In this document: piece after piece, positions 27,051-40,290 of the stretch
Position numbering within the stretch: the first letter of the stretch is position 1
Layout: each line of letters opens with the position of its first letter
Assembly (NCBI GenBank): GCA_046563655.1
Contig: CM102288.1
Span: forward strand, 5,642,001-5,706,000
Length of the DNA: 64,000 nucleotides
Reading direction: 5' to 3'
From: Yuukianura sp. NJ FZ-2021
Lineage: Eukaryota
Translations under genes and position numbers: made by a program
Notes under the pieces: model-generated
Database searches by the model: none
The model's input: the letters and a program-made list of their open reading frames with translations, nothing else
Told to the model about the DNA's origin: nothing

Positions 27051-27338
27051 ATGCTGACTTCAAAAAGGCTTACCCTCGAACGAAAAAGATACTCTTTAGC
27101 GATACTAAATTGTGAAATTATGTCAATTTTCAATTACATAATTTCTAGGAGATTCTTATCAAGTGAAAATTTTGCTCATTTTGTCATTTGTCAACCATGT
27201 CAAAGGCAATTACCAGGCAGATGAGAAGCTACTACTTACATCAATGTCGTAATTATGCTTAATCTTTTTTAAAACGTTATCTTTTGAACATCTCCAAAAA
27301 GTTAAAAATAAAACAAATATGAAAACTTTGTACGAACT

Positions 27339-29926
27339 TTATGACTTTGGTGTATAGGTGGGTGAAATTGGAAAAATTTTGAAAATGGAGAACCTGAAAT
27401 CAAAATTAGAAATATTTTATAACATTTTCAATAAAAGGCGATTATAAAATTTCTTATTAAAACTTTGATTAAAATTCACCGCTTAAGCGTAGGAGTGATC
27501 CACGGTAGTTCATAAGTAACATCACTCTCTAAAACAGTTTCTTCGTCATTCACTTGACCTTGTCCGTGAGCTTGGTTCACGAGTCCCCTCTCTGCAGGGG
27601 TTCCTATATTTTATATAATTTAAATAATTAATATAATATAACTAATTAATTAAACTTACCTGGAATTGTATTGTCCAGGACGAATCCTAGGAAGAAACTG
27701 ACGAACATTCCAGTTTGGAGAAGAATTACTAGGATTTGGTCCACTGTTTCACTGCCTGTTTGAATAGCTTCTGAATTGGCGTCCATCCATTGCGATATTG
27801 TCTAAAAAGCGGTATCAAAATTTTGAAATTCTTTTTGAAATTTGAGTTCAAAATTGTTACCAGTCCAAAGAACACTGAAAATCCAATGACGAAAATGTTT
27901 CTGGAGGAGTTGAGGTCGACGCCTTGGAGATTCGAAAGACCGACGCCAGCGACAGTTGCAAAAACGACGCAGAAGATTCCACCAATGATTGGCTGCGGAA
28001 TGCTCACAAAAATGGCGCCAATTTTGCCAATCAGCGCAAAAGTCAACATAATCCATCCGGAAGCTTGGATGACCTTCCGTGACCCCACTTTTGAAATTCC
28101 AATGGCACCGATGTTCTGTGACCTGAAAATGAGCAACATAAGTAAATAAAACAATAATTTTAATACAATTATAATAATTATTATTATTATTATATTCAAC
28201 ACTTGAAAGTGTTTACAGCGAAGTTGTTCCAGTTCCGGTTCCAAAAACTCCCGCCAAAACGCATCCAACTCCTTCAATGAAAATTCCTCTATTGATGGCA
28301 TGAACTGGAGGTGGACCGGCGCCTATTTTTCCAAACAAAAAATTTCAAAAAATCCAAAAATTTTCAAAATCCAAGTTTTTTGAGAAACCTGAAATTCTGG
28401 CACACGCGTAGTAGTCTCCGATGCTCTCTACGGTTCCAGCGATAACTCCAGCCAGCATTCCCAGAACGGCTCCGATACTTACAGTGGGCATCCCCCATTG
28501 AACTGAAATTTCAATACCAAATTTTGAGTTTGAAAAGAGATTTTCGAAATTTTGAAATAAAATTGTGTAATTACACGGATATGGGATTCTAAACCAAAGA
28601 GTGTTGCCAACAATCTTAGAGTTGTAGTCTACACGGGCTTTGTTTCCAGCAGGAATAACATCCGTCTCTGTCAGAACTAAACACAGAATCCAAGCAACAG
28701 CAATTGCGAGCAAAACCTACAAATAAATAAATATGAATAAATTAATATATTATAATAATGTGTAATTAAAATAAGTTTTTGATTAATACATTTTGAATTG
28801 ACGCACTTACTGGAAAAACTTGGAATACGGGATACCGAATACGAGATTTTGTCGGGCTGTTTGAATCAACGCTAAACGGAATTGGAATCTTCACGTTTTT
28901 ACAGTATTGTGAAAGTAGAATTATTAGCAGAATTGTCCTAAAAATATTGAAAAATCAAAGCATAAAAATAATAATTTATATTATTTTCAATAAATTATAT
29001 AAATTATAGATTAAGCATTTTTTTTTGCACTTACAGAGATGAAATCCACCAGTTTCCGGCACAGTACTTGGCGGAAACTTTAAACAGTGATAAACCAATC
29101 ATCATAATCGCTGGAGCCACTTTTTCAAAAAAAATTATATCAATTCCATGATTTGAACCCATTTACAATCAAACTTAATGTATAATTTGTGACTCTCTGT
29201 TTTACCTGCCATTGGTGTAATGTATTTCAAAATTTTGCCAACAATTCCTAGTTCCAAAAAATTCTTACTAAATTTTTGATTTTTATTTCAATCCCGAAAA
29301 AACCTTAAAAATTTTCAAACCTACCAAAGAATCCTAGGAAAACTTCTACAAGTGAGGCAACAATGATTGCTCCCTGCACTTCCCTCATCCTGACCTGCCA
29401 TAGTTCTTCCCTCTGCATGTCACTGAGCCCTTCAAGGGTCGGGGGGCACTTGAAGTGCGGTTGATTCAGAATGGCAATAGCCACTACAATGAAAGAGAAA
29501 CTCCCGCCCTGGATGATAGGCAGCCTTGTGCCGAAAGTGGATTGGAGCAGCGTCACTGCTCCAGCGATGAACATAATGGAGCTGATCATGTTGGCCTTGT
29601 TGGGGTCATTCTCATCCATGCACAAGAGTGGAGCTAGAATCACTGGAGTGGAAATGGTGGACCCAGCCATGGTGATGTAATGCTAAAATAAATAATATAA
29701 AATAATAAATAGTATAAAATAATAAATAAATAATATTCTAAAAGTAATTTCTTACTTGGAAACCAAGGAGGAAGCTCAAGTACCATGGCGGACTGTCGTC
29801 TATTTCGTAGTACAAAATTTCACGTGGGAATGACGGGTCAATGAGAGACATTCTGCGTGACCTCAACTTGACCTCTGCTTCTGAGCTCCGTCGCGGCCGC
29901 ACTTCTTCTAGTTGAATTTCAGTCAT
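27339..29926 (-). CDS. SLC23 / nucleobase-ascorbate transporter (NAT/NCS2), paralog A
   Basis: [48 protein letters not shown] signature [34 protein letters not shown]; last exon ends [10 protein letters not shown]. Confidence 0.93.
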
Positions 29927-30434
29927 TTCAAAAACTCACTTTCAATTTCCAATGTTTTCAAATTCAGGTTCAATTTTTGAAACTTTTGAAAATTTTTGAA
30001 AATTTTCTGTCAACTGGTGCTCTGGTCAATTCCTATATGTTTCCAGACTCTGACTTTTTAAACAACCTTTTGGAGAATCCTAGTCGAAAGATGAGTTTTT
30101 GGGACACTTTGGCACTGGTGACCTTTGACCTTGATAAAAGTTGAGTCAAACACACACTTTCAAAAATCGGCAGTAAGTTTCATGATTATATGCACAAAGG
30201 CGTGCCAGTGTGGGATTCATTTCACAGACGCCGTGACGTCACTAGTTCTTTTGTATTTCGTGACTGTCACAAATATTTTCATTTTCCAATTTTCCAAAAT
30301 TTTATTCACAACTGGCAAAATCTGAATGAATTCCAACAAGTTTAACTTCCCGTCGATTTTGAACGTGTACATTGGAAATTAACATTAAAAAACAAAATAA
30401 AAAGCGCCTGAGGTGTGTTACATGTTGACGAAAG

Positions 30435-33400
30435 TTAAACTTGACCTTGACCTTCTGATTTTCTGGAAGTTGGCCTTGGTTTGACTCCAAAAGTTGGACA
30501 AATTGGGAACCTTTTGAAACATTTCACTCTGGAAATTCAGAAACAATAATTTAGAATTCAGAATTTTGATATTCCTTAGGAGGACGAGTAGAAAATCCAG
30601 TTGTTTTTGTAAATTTTTCGAAATTTTGAAACTACCGGTGAACAAAATTCATGCCAAAAGGTAAGTCGTAAAAGCGATCTTTGATTCTCCCGGTAGCCCC
30701 AGTCGGATCTGCGTCCAGTTTGTCTTTCCCGCCAAAATGGGAATTCCACGTGATCAGACCACGTTCACTGTCAGTTCCTGATTTTCAAAAAGTGTTCAAA
30801 ACGTTTCGAAATTTGGAAATTTTCCAAAATTCGGAAATTTCTGGATAGGAAACCTGGAATGGTGTTGTCCAGAACGAACCCGAGGAATCCACTGACGAAC
30901 ATGCCTGTCCGCAGTAGAATGACTATGATTTGGTCCACTTCTGTGCTGCCAGTTTGGATCGACGTGGGATTGGCTTCCATCCATTGAGAAATTGTCTGAA
31001 ACATTTTAAATTAGTTTTAATTAAATAATTTATTTAAAGTTATTAATGTCTTATTTAAATGACCTTACAAGTCCAAAGAACAGAGAAAATCCAATGACGA
31101 AAATGTTTCTGGGAGAATTGAGATCCGCTCCTTGTAAATTCGACAATCCAACGCCCGTAACCGTTGCAAACACCACACAGAAAACACCACCTAAAATTTC
31201 CATGAATTTTCAAATTCCATTTTTTCAAAATTTTACGAAATCAAAATTTTGGAAATTTTTGTCAACTGACCAACAATTGGTTCTGGAATGCTGATCAAAA
31301 CAGCACCTACTTTCCCAACGAGCGCACAAAAGAGCATGAGAAACCCCGCTGCTTGGATCACCCTCCGACTGCCCACTTTTGTCACACTGATGGCTCCGAT
31401 GTTCTCACTGTACGAAGTAGTTCCATTACCAGTACCCCAGAGGCCGGCTAAAGGTCAAAGGTCAAGGTCAAAAATCAAAGGTCAAAGGTCATTCGTGATT
31501 TACTCGTGTGCTATAGCCTAAGTTAAATTAAAGGTCAAAGGTCAAGGTTTACCCAAGATACATCCGATTCCTTCAATAAAAATTCCACGGTTGATGGCGT
31601 GGACTGGCGGAGAAGGAGCTCCTGTATTAATCAGAATAATTAATACATTTTAAAATTAATTAATAAATTAAAGGAAATATATTTCAATTTAATTAAAATA
31701 TTAATTAAAATTCAGACCTGAAATTCTGGCGCATGCGTAGTAGTCTCCAATGGACTCAATTGTTCCAGCAATGACGCCAGACAGCATTCCTGTTTTACAT
31801 AATATTATATTATTTAAATACTAAAAATTTTATTTTCTTTATAATTTATATATCATTTTATATCTTTATAGAGTCGACAGTGCAACTCTCTCTGTATGAG
31901 ATTCTAGACTTACCAAAAACTGATCCGACTGTTACTGTTGGAATTCCCCATTGAACTTTAATTTAAAGTAGAGTAATGAATTGATTATTTTAATTAATTT
32001 AGTTAATCATTTTCATTACTCAATTAATTAAGAAAAGGACTTACATGGGTAGGGGATCCTAAACCAAGGCGAGTCATTGATAATGCTGAGCTTGACGTCA
32101 GTTCTTGCTGGGTTTCCTGGCGGGAAGGCATTTGTAACAGTCAAAATCAGGCACAGAATCCACATCAATGCAATAGTTAGCAACACCTTAAAAATTAATG
32201 TTAATTAGTTAACTAAACTAATTAACTTTGCAGTATAGTAAAACTCACTGGGAAAACTTCAAAAACTGGATACGAACCCCACCGCCTTTTCTCCGTTCCT
32301 CGTCCAAATTTTGGAAACGGCATGTGCACTTTGCGTAAATATTGAGTGAACAAAATTATCATCACAATTGTACTAAAAATTGAAGGAAAAGTTAATTAAA
32401 ACATATTTTGAAAAAACGATTAGAAAAATTAGTGAAGTTGGTTACGCTATAGCTATGGCCCAGTTTGTAGAAGCATGATCTGCTGAAACTTTGAAAAGAG
32501 AGAGACCAACCATTGCAATGGCTGGAGCAACTGAAATTACAAAATACATATAAACATATAAACTATTGTAAATGCGAATTATAGTTTCATATAAAGTATG
32601 CATAAATTGCAATAAATAGATTATAAAATTTATCAATGCTAATTTTAACTTAAAAACAAAAAGCACTGTACCTGTCATGGGCGTTATAAAACGGAGTATG
32701 AGACCAATGAGTCCTGGCAAACAAAAAATAAGTTATAAAATAGTATTTCTACCTACAATATAAAACTATAATATAATATAAAAATATTATTGCTAATAAA
32801 TGTAAATACTTGTTTACCTGTGACTCCTACAAAAACTTCGAATACTGCAGATACAATGATGGCTCCCTGGATTTCTCTCATTCTGACCTGCCACAGTTCT
32901 GTTCTTTCAGCGTCTGTCATTCCTTCGAATGTTTCTGGATCTGGACACTGGAACTGCGGAAGACTCAAAATGGCTATAGAAGGAATAAGGAAACTGAAAC
33001 TGCCGCCTTGGATGATAGGCAGTCTAGTACCAAGTGTACTTTGTAGTAAAGTGACCATCCCAGAAACTAATTGCAATCAAAATTTTTTAGTCAAATTTTA
33101 ATCAAACTTTAAGTCAAAAGTTAGCAATTCTTAGCAAACTTGCCAAAGATGATGGTGGAGATGATGTTGGCCTTGTCAGGGTCATCGTCTGCCATGCACA
33201 TGAGTGGAGTCAGGACAAACGGAACTGAAACTGTGGACCCAGCCATGGTCAGGTAGTGCTAGGTTAAATTAATATTCAAGTTTCGTTTTAAATTAAGTCT
33301 TTAATTAAAATTCAACTGCAAGTAAAATGTTATTTAAATTTAAGTTTGGGTTTTACCTGAAATCCAAGGAAGAAAGTGAGGTACCACGGTGGTTTGTCGT

Positions 33401-33609
33401 TGATTTCGTATTGCAAAATTTTTTCACGTTTTGGCTCCAGTGCTTCCGAATTTGTGTACTGTTCATTTCCTGTTCCATTTGTCTCAGAAATTTGGATATC
33501 TACCTGTAGTGTTAAAAAAAAGTTGACAAAAAAAGAAGTTACTAAATTTTTAAAGAATTCATAGATTTTTTTAACCTACCTCGTCAAGTTCCAGCGCTGG
33601 GTTGTCCAT
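30435..33609 (-). CDS. SLC23 / nucleobase-ascorbate transporter, paralog B
   Basis: [73 protein letters not shown]; multi-exon, including one GC-AG intron. Confidence 0.93.
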
Positions 33610-34903
33610 TGCAATTGTAAAGCAAAACGATAAACTTTGAAAAAAAAGAAGGTTCCTTTTAAAATAAAATGTTTTGAAAATCTTGATTAAATTAACAAAA
33701 TAGCGCCGAATCTAAAGTAATTGATTTGTGAGGTACTTATAAACAGGCAGTTTGGAATTTTCAGTTGCTAAACAAATTGGTATTTTTTGCGTAATCACTT
33801 AGCTTTGTAATAAAAAAGAAGAGATTCCTGCACGTTTGCTCATCGAATCTCTGCTTCCATTGCTAAACCCTTACACATTTTGAGCATTTTGTAAATGATT
33901 TCTTCAAAATAATGCAAAATGAGCATGCTTCACAATTTCCGCGAATTTATGCAGACGTTGACAAACCGTGTTAATTTTAAACTTTTAGTCAAAATTTTAA
34001 TATAGTTCAGCTAAAAATTAGCAAAAAGTTAAGCTCAATTTCTCGTTCACTTATACCAATAAAACCAGAATTTTTTCTGCAAGTGCTAAAATATAAAAAA
34101 ATCAAATAAATTTTGTCACGTACCTGTAATAAGATCGGTCTTAACTAATCTCCACGAGTGGAAAACAGAAAACTTAATTCAAATGACTAGCCTGACACTA
34201 AACTAAATTTACTTGTGAAATTTCTCAAATTCCAATTGAAAATTACAGAAGTAATTCTAAAAGTACTTATAACTTGTTGTTTCGAGAACGAAACTAAAAG
34301 TGATTGTTATCTTAGCGAGTGGCTCTTTTACTATACATTGTGTACAACAAAGTACTGATAAAATGTACTAAACGAGATTAGAAACAATTGCCAATGGGAA
34401 AAGTTGGCCCGAGGCAGTAGTCAACAAGTGCTGTGGGACACAATGAATTTGATGAAAACCAAAGTGACACGCGAACCCGTTTGAATCTACTTCAAAAATA
34501 ATCCCACTAAACTTTCAACTTTGTAGTGTCAAATGCTAATCTTCATATCAAACAGGTTTAACCACAAAAAAAATAGAAAGAAAGAGTGATAGTTTTATTT
34601 TTGCATTCTTTTTTCATAAAAATTCGGATGCCTCAAATTCAAATTCAAAACTGAAAAAAAAAATTTCGATTGTACGACTTACTAAAATTGACAATTGTTG
34701 GAAATTTTCTATTGTTTTCTGTTTTATAAAGAACGCGAATTGCTAAATCTGAGAGCATCCTTGAATTCAACATTTCGTCACAACTTTTTTTTTCATTTTC
34801 GCATCACCGTTGTCCCATTAGTTGCTAAAAACCAAAAGACTAATACTAAGTCCTCGACGCGTGCGAATTGATGCTAACTAATTTCAAATTTCACAGATTT
34901 TTG

Positions 34904-35493
34904 TCAACTTTTTTTCTCAAACGAGGAGTAAACCAGTTTTCGCTCTTGCGGCGGAATGGTGATGCCCAAGTACTCTAGAAACCGAGCCACCATGCTCCTG
35001 TACATCGCAGGAAATTTTAGACTGATCGTGTCAATTGACCTTTCGATCCAATCTTGCTGTTGAGCAGTGCATTTTGGACGACATCCACCGAGCAAACTTT
35101 TCAAAATTCGAGCTAAAACAAAAAAAAAATACACAAATCTCTCCTCTATTTTAAAATTGAGTTAAATCTAATTTAATTTCAAAATTAAAACCCAGCAATT
35201 TTATTTTTTTTTATTAACTTACGTTTTGCCCATTTTCCTATAATATCACAAGCTTGACCATAAAATAAACAATGTACAAGATGTTTCACAATTCTTGTGT
35301 TGCTAAAATACGTACTGACGTTGAATCGACTATCAAGGTCAGGTTGGTATCGGGCAGCATAAATGCGCATGTCCGTGTACAAAGTGACCTCTGGACTCAC
35401 GGAAGTGAATCCTTCGGTGACCTTTGACCCAAGGACAAGAACAAACACAAAAAAGATGAGATGCGGGAATGTGTTTGTCCTTGTCCAGCACAT
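34904..35493 (-). CDS. Chemosensory protein (CSP/OS-D/A10 family)
   Basis: Signal peptide; two exons give C-X6-C-X18-C-X3-C (HCLFYGQACDIIGKWAK|PRILKSLLGGCRPKC). Confidence 0.85.
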
Positions 35494-35726
35494 CTCAAAT
35501 TTCCTAACTTACTAAAAACTTAAATAGATTAGTTAAAATAATCAAATTCCATGATTTAGTAAGGCGTAACAATTCGTCATGGAGTTCTGGAGAAAACTGG
35601 CGGAATAAAGCTTAAGTTCGAGTTCATGCGGAAATATAAAAAAGTTGAGAGTTTGAGTAATCAATTAGTGTTATTAAATTTAATTTGTACGGTACGCAAA
35701 TATTTCCAGTTTAAGTGAAGATGTTG

Positions 35727-36377
35727 TCACATTTCGAAAGCTCTGGCCACGCGCAAGCGTTCTTCAAACGGCAGAGTGACACCGTAGTACTCAATGTATC
35801 TTGCAATCACGGCTCGAAAAAGTTCTGGATCAGTCTCAGCAATCAGATTCAAAGCATCAGATAACCAGGATTCCTGTTTTTTAGAACACTTGATACATGG
35901 ACCAAGAAATCCCGTTTTAATTCGGGCTAAAAATGACAAAAAAAAATTAGAAAAAAATTAGTGAGGAAAAAAAAATTATTTGTTTTTGCCAACTCAGCCA
36001 ACTTGTTTTAAAAAACTTACGCTTGGCCCAGCGTCCCACTGAAATCAAAGCAAAATTTTGGAAAAATCAAACCTTAGTTTGGAGTTTCCTCAACTTAACT
36101 AAATTTTCAACTGTGATTAACTAATTAAGGTTGTCATGGTTACGTTACCTATGTCACAAGGTCCACCGTAGAAGAAGCACCGAATTTGGAACCTGACAAG
36201 ATCTCTCGTCCGGAAGTATCTGGCCATTTGGAAGTCTTCATACTCTGGCTGGAACTTCATCTGGTACTTTTTTCCAGAAGGACTCACTTCGTCCATACTA
36301 ATCACGCTGGCACTGGAACTCAACTTGACGCTAATCAAAATCAGCGCCAAAATGGCTGCGACTCCCTTCCACTTCAT
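35727..36377 (-). CDS. Chemosensory protein (CSP/OS-D family), paralog
   Basis: Signal peptide MKWKGVAAIL...; three exons including an 18-nt micro-exon at 36038-36021 (VGRWAK); canonical C-X6-C-X18-C-X2-C. Confidence 0.87.
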
Positions 36378-37282
36378 TGTTAAATCCAAACTGACCGTAG
36401 GAATGTCTATAAAAGAGTGACAACATAGTTAAGGATTTTAAATACTTAAGTTCCGAACTGTGAGAAACAGCGTGGCAAAATATTGCAAAATCCAAGAGAA
36501 ACGGAAGTGATTAAAAAAAAAGTTACAATTGAGTACAGTGGGAATATGGCACATGAAAAATTCATTATCTTTACCAAATCTTCTCATACTAATCTATAGC
36601 AAGATAATCATTAATATAAATTAAAACGTAAAATTAATGTACGAAACAATGGCTAAATATTGTGCAATTGAAGTGATTCAATTTGTTCAGTGCCAAGATC
36701 AATAATTGCTCCAATCCCTTAACTCAAAATTTAGCTTTTCATAGAATTCTATTATGACGAGAAATAAATTGTTTGAAAAGTATTACAAAGAATTGTTTTT
36801 AGAAGAAAAAATAAGTTTTCTAAAAGCGATTTGAACGCGTTTCTGAATTCGATTTATTGATATTATAAGTACACTTCAATGGCAGGTTATGCTACCATTA
36901 ACACTCACTTTAAAACAAAAATCCAAGAAAACTTAACTTTTCTGAATAATTATAAAGCAAAAAGAAATGTTTTAATGCAGGCGTTAGTAATTACTACTCC
37001 GTAAATTGTCTTCGGTAGACGTCAATGTTCATTTTTAACGCCTTTTTCGGATTACTTTAAGTGTAGTAATGGGTTATTTCATTTCTTTTAGCACGAGTCG
37101 TACATACGTTTGGTGGAAATTTTTTTGAAATAATGATTTTGTTGCTCCAAGTGTATGTAAAATATAATTGAACTTTGACTAAATTCGCTTTGATTTTCAT
37201 ATAAATTTAATCTGTCCAATGCACAGAATTGTTCACTTTTCAAAATCCATTTTGAGCAAAAAGAAAACAAACCTCCTGAGCA

Positions 37283-38484
37283 ATGATTTCCTTTACTGAA
37301 TTCAAAATTTACTCAGCCACGTTAGCAATTATATCAAAATCAAAATTCATTCAATTTGAATTTCGAAATGGAATTCTGCTGCAACGGAAATCCATTTGGA
37401 GAAAGTTGTTTTCAGCAATTTTGCAGCTTCTGAACATTTTGTTTTGCATTTTCTATTTGCTTGAAGCTAAAACTAATTTCGAAAAAAGAAGCGCAGGACT
37501 TGGACTTTTGGATTGTTTTTATAGCCTAACTTACCTTGCTGCAATAACGTTTAAGGCAAATATTCAAAAGGAACTGAATCAATTGCTACAATTTGGAAAC
37601 AGTTTGATTCGCTTCAACAAAGTTCTTGGGGTCAAATTTTTCAAACAAGAATTTGTCACGAGAAAAATTTGGAGTGAAATAATATATTTTGCGATATTAT
37701 TTTTTAGTGCCGCTGCAATTGGCAGTGCCGGTTTTCAAATGACATGGTTGAAATGTGGAGGATTTCCATCTGCCATTTTGAATTTTTGCTACTTTATTTG
37801 CACAGTTTTGACTTGTGTATCATTAATGTTGGATTTAAATTTGCACTTTGTCATTATTACTCCTTCAATTACAACTATTGCGTTCTGGCTCAAAAAATCG
37901 TGGTAAGTAAAAAATTTATTCCACAAGACCTTCTCAAATATCCTTACACAGTTTTTCAATAAATATTCTGAACTTGTAAAGAAAAATTTTGAATTTCCTT
38001 CTCCAGTGTGGAGTGGCCTACAATGGATAACAACGAAAAAACGCAGTTACGCAACGAGTGTGTAAAGTTGTACCGAAAAGTGACCATTTTGAATGAAATG
38101 CATAACGCTCTCTTTGGATCCCTTTTTGTTCCCATGGTAAAACTTGGATCAATTTTGGCCTTGTACATTGTCGTATTTGCCGTTGTTCGCCTCAGGGAAA
38201 AACTAGATCCATTCCTATTTTCACTGTTTTTTGTTTACTTGATTCTCCTGGCACTGGTCTTCGTCGCTGGATCACAAGCTATGTCACTGGTCTTCAACAT
38301 TTCAAAACAATTTCATCGGAACATGAGACGCAAAGGTCACGCGGAACTCCAAGTTGACCTCAGATCAATTCCGGTCATCAAATCCAAAATTGGAGGATTC
38401 TATTACATGGAAAGTGAAGCCAAGTTGCCGCTCCTGGACAACCTTGCGCGTGGAATTGCATTTATGCTAGTTACATTTAATTAG
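37283..38484 (+). CDS. Divergent gustatory-receptor-like 7TM protein (different subfamily)
   Basis: Exons 37283-37902 and 38007-38484; multiple TMs; LYRKVTIL motif and C-terminal RSIPVIKSKIGGFY...MLVTF motif. Confidence 0.72.
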
Positions 38485-39049
38485 CTTAATTCGTAATTCA
38501 TTAGTTAACAGGCTTGTCAAAAATATTTAGCAAATATTGTCTTAAAATATCTGTTGGAGCGTTGTTTTTAATATTTAAGGACGTGCGCTATACACCCAAA
38601 AAAACAATAGTCGATACATTTATTAACCAAGGTAACAGCACTTGTGTACATCATAAGTTGGAGATGTAGTTGCAGACATCGGCAAATAGTAGTAATTTGT
38701 TGTCTTGTGGTGTAGTTGATTGACGGTTGTCAAATAAACAAAATTGTGCTTTAGCGTAGGCAAAAACTCAAAAACAATTGCATTCTACATTGCGTAAGCG
38801 CGATTTGAATTTGAAGCTTAAGTATTTCATTGTTATTCAGTGTGCAAAAGAGGATTTCAAAGATTCTACTACACCCTTAACTTTTAGCTCCAAAAAAGAA
38901 GGCATCACTTTATGCTCAAGAAATTGCTTCAGTGAATTCTGCTTGCTGTTACAGTAGCATAATTAACGTTGCATTGTGTGTTTTGTAGTACATTGTGAAT
39001 GGCATGGACATTTTTGAAATATAATAAAAATTTGTTCAGGAAGAGTCTC

Positions 39050-40290
39050 TTAGCGAAACGTCAACAAAAGATCAACGGTTGTGTTAAGAACAAAATTTCC
39101 GTATGTTTCGATACAGAAATCTTGTTCAGAAATTGTAAAAAATTCGCCAACTCTTGCTGCGATTGGTTGACACGATTTCCTAAATGTACTCTCATACTTT
39201 GTACGTGGTAAATTCCGGCTGTTTTTCAAAGTGTAGTAACATTCAGAATATTGCCTAATATTTACGGCTTGTTGAGAAAGGACAAACCCAATGCCAAATA
39301 GCATGATATCCAACGTTGTGAATATGAGTGGTATGACAGGGTTTGCTCGCCAATTGCTCTTGAAAATTGCAAATGTAAATGAAATGACAACAAGTATGTC
39401 TCCGCAGTAAGCAATTTGAATCCACCACTTCTGCTTGTCATTGAAAATTGCATTACATATTTGTACTCTTCTGTACAACTGACGAAATTTGTTCTGCTGT
39501 ATGCCACTTGTACAAGACGCTTGAAGTGTGGCTAGCGTTTTCAACCACTGCTGAGTGAATGTAGTAATTAAAAGAATACAAAGCATACTGAATAAACCCC
39601 AGAATGCAAAAAAATTCATTGTTATAGTTACCACCAAGCTTGCCAGAATTACTGAGCTAACGTTGCTACCAATTAACATTGAAATTACACGCACCATTAA
39701 TCCCATAAAGAACATGTCAGTTAAAGCGGCTAAAGTTGCCAACATTGGTATATAGAGAAACATTGGGTAACACGTTAGTTTGAAATTGTGGACATAAAAG
39801 TACACCACGTTGTCAATTTGTTCACGATAAATTTTGTCACCAAACGTTTTACCTATTAAACAAAGTAATTAGTGTTGTGAAATTCAATTTTAAGGAAATA
39901 TTTTAATCTGAAGTATTTTGTAGTATACGACTAACGTATTTCGTGCTCAAGTTTGAGGAATCTATTAAAGAAGGTAATGGTTGCCTCGCAATCTGTATTC
40001 CAAAGTAGTTCCGTGTAGATATCAAAGCTTAAGCATACGATGAGAGCAACTTCAGCGGCAAAGTTTAAAGGTTGACTACGCTCTGCTATAAGTTGTACCG
40101 GAAACGCGTGAGCGACGATGTACATCGTTATTCGAAGTAATAGACACGCGAGTTTTACTTTTTTGAGTTTCTTGTGTGGAACCAGTTCCATTGCCCACTG
40201 TTTTGATTTCATACGGACCAAATTGTAGGGGCAAATGTTAAAGTATTGACCAAATTTCAAATACTGGCTCAATTCAGCGTAAGCAGACAT
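39050..40290 (-). CDS. Divergent gustatory-receptor-like protein (paralog of the 22238 and 25167 genes)
   Basis: Two exons with the same structure, MSAYAEL...KSCQPIAARVGEFF...LLLTFR*. Confidence 0.75.
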
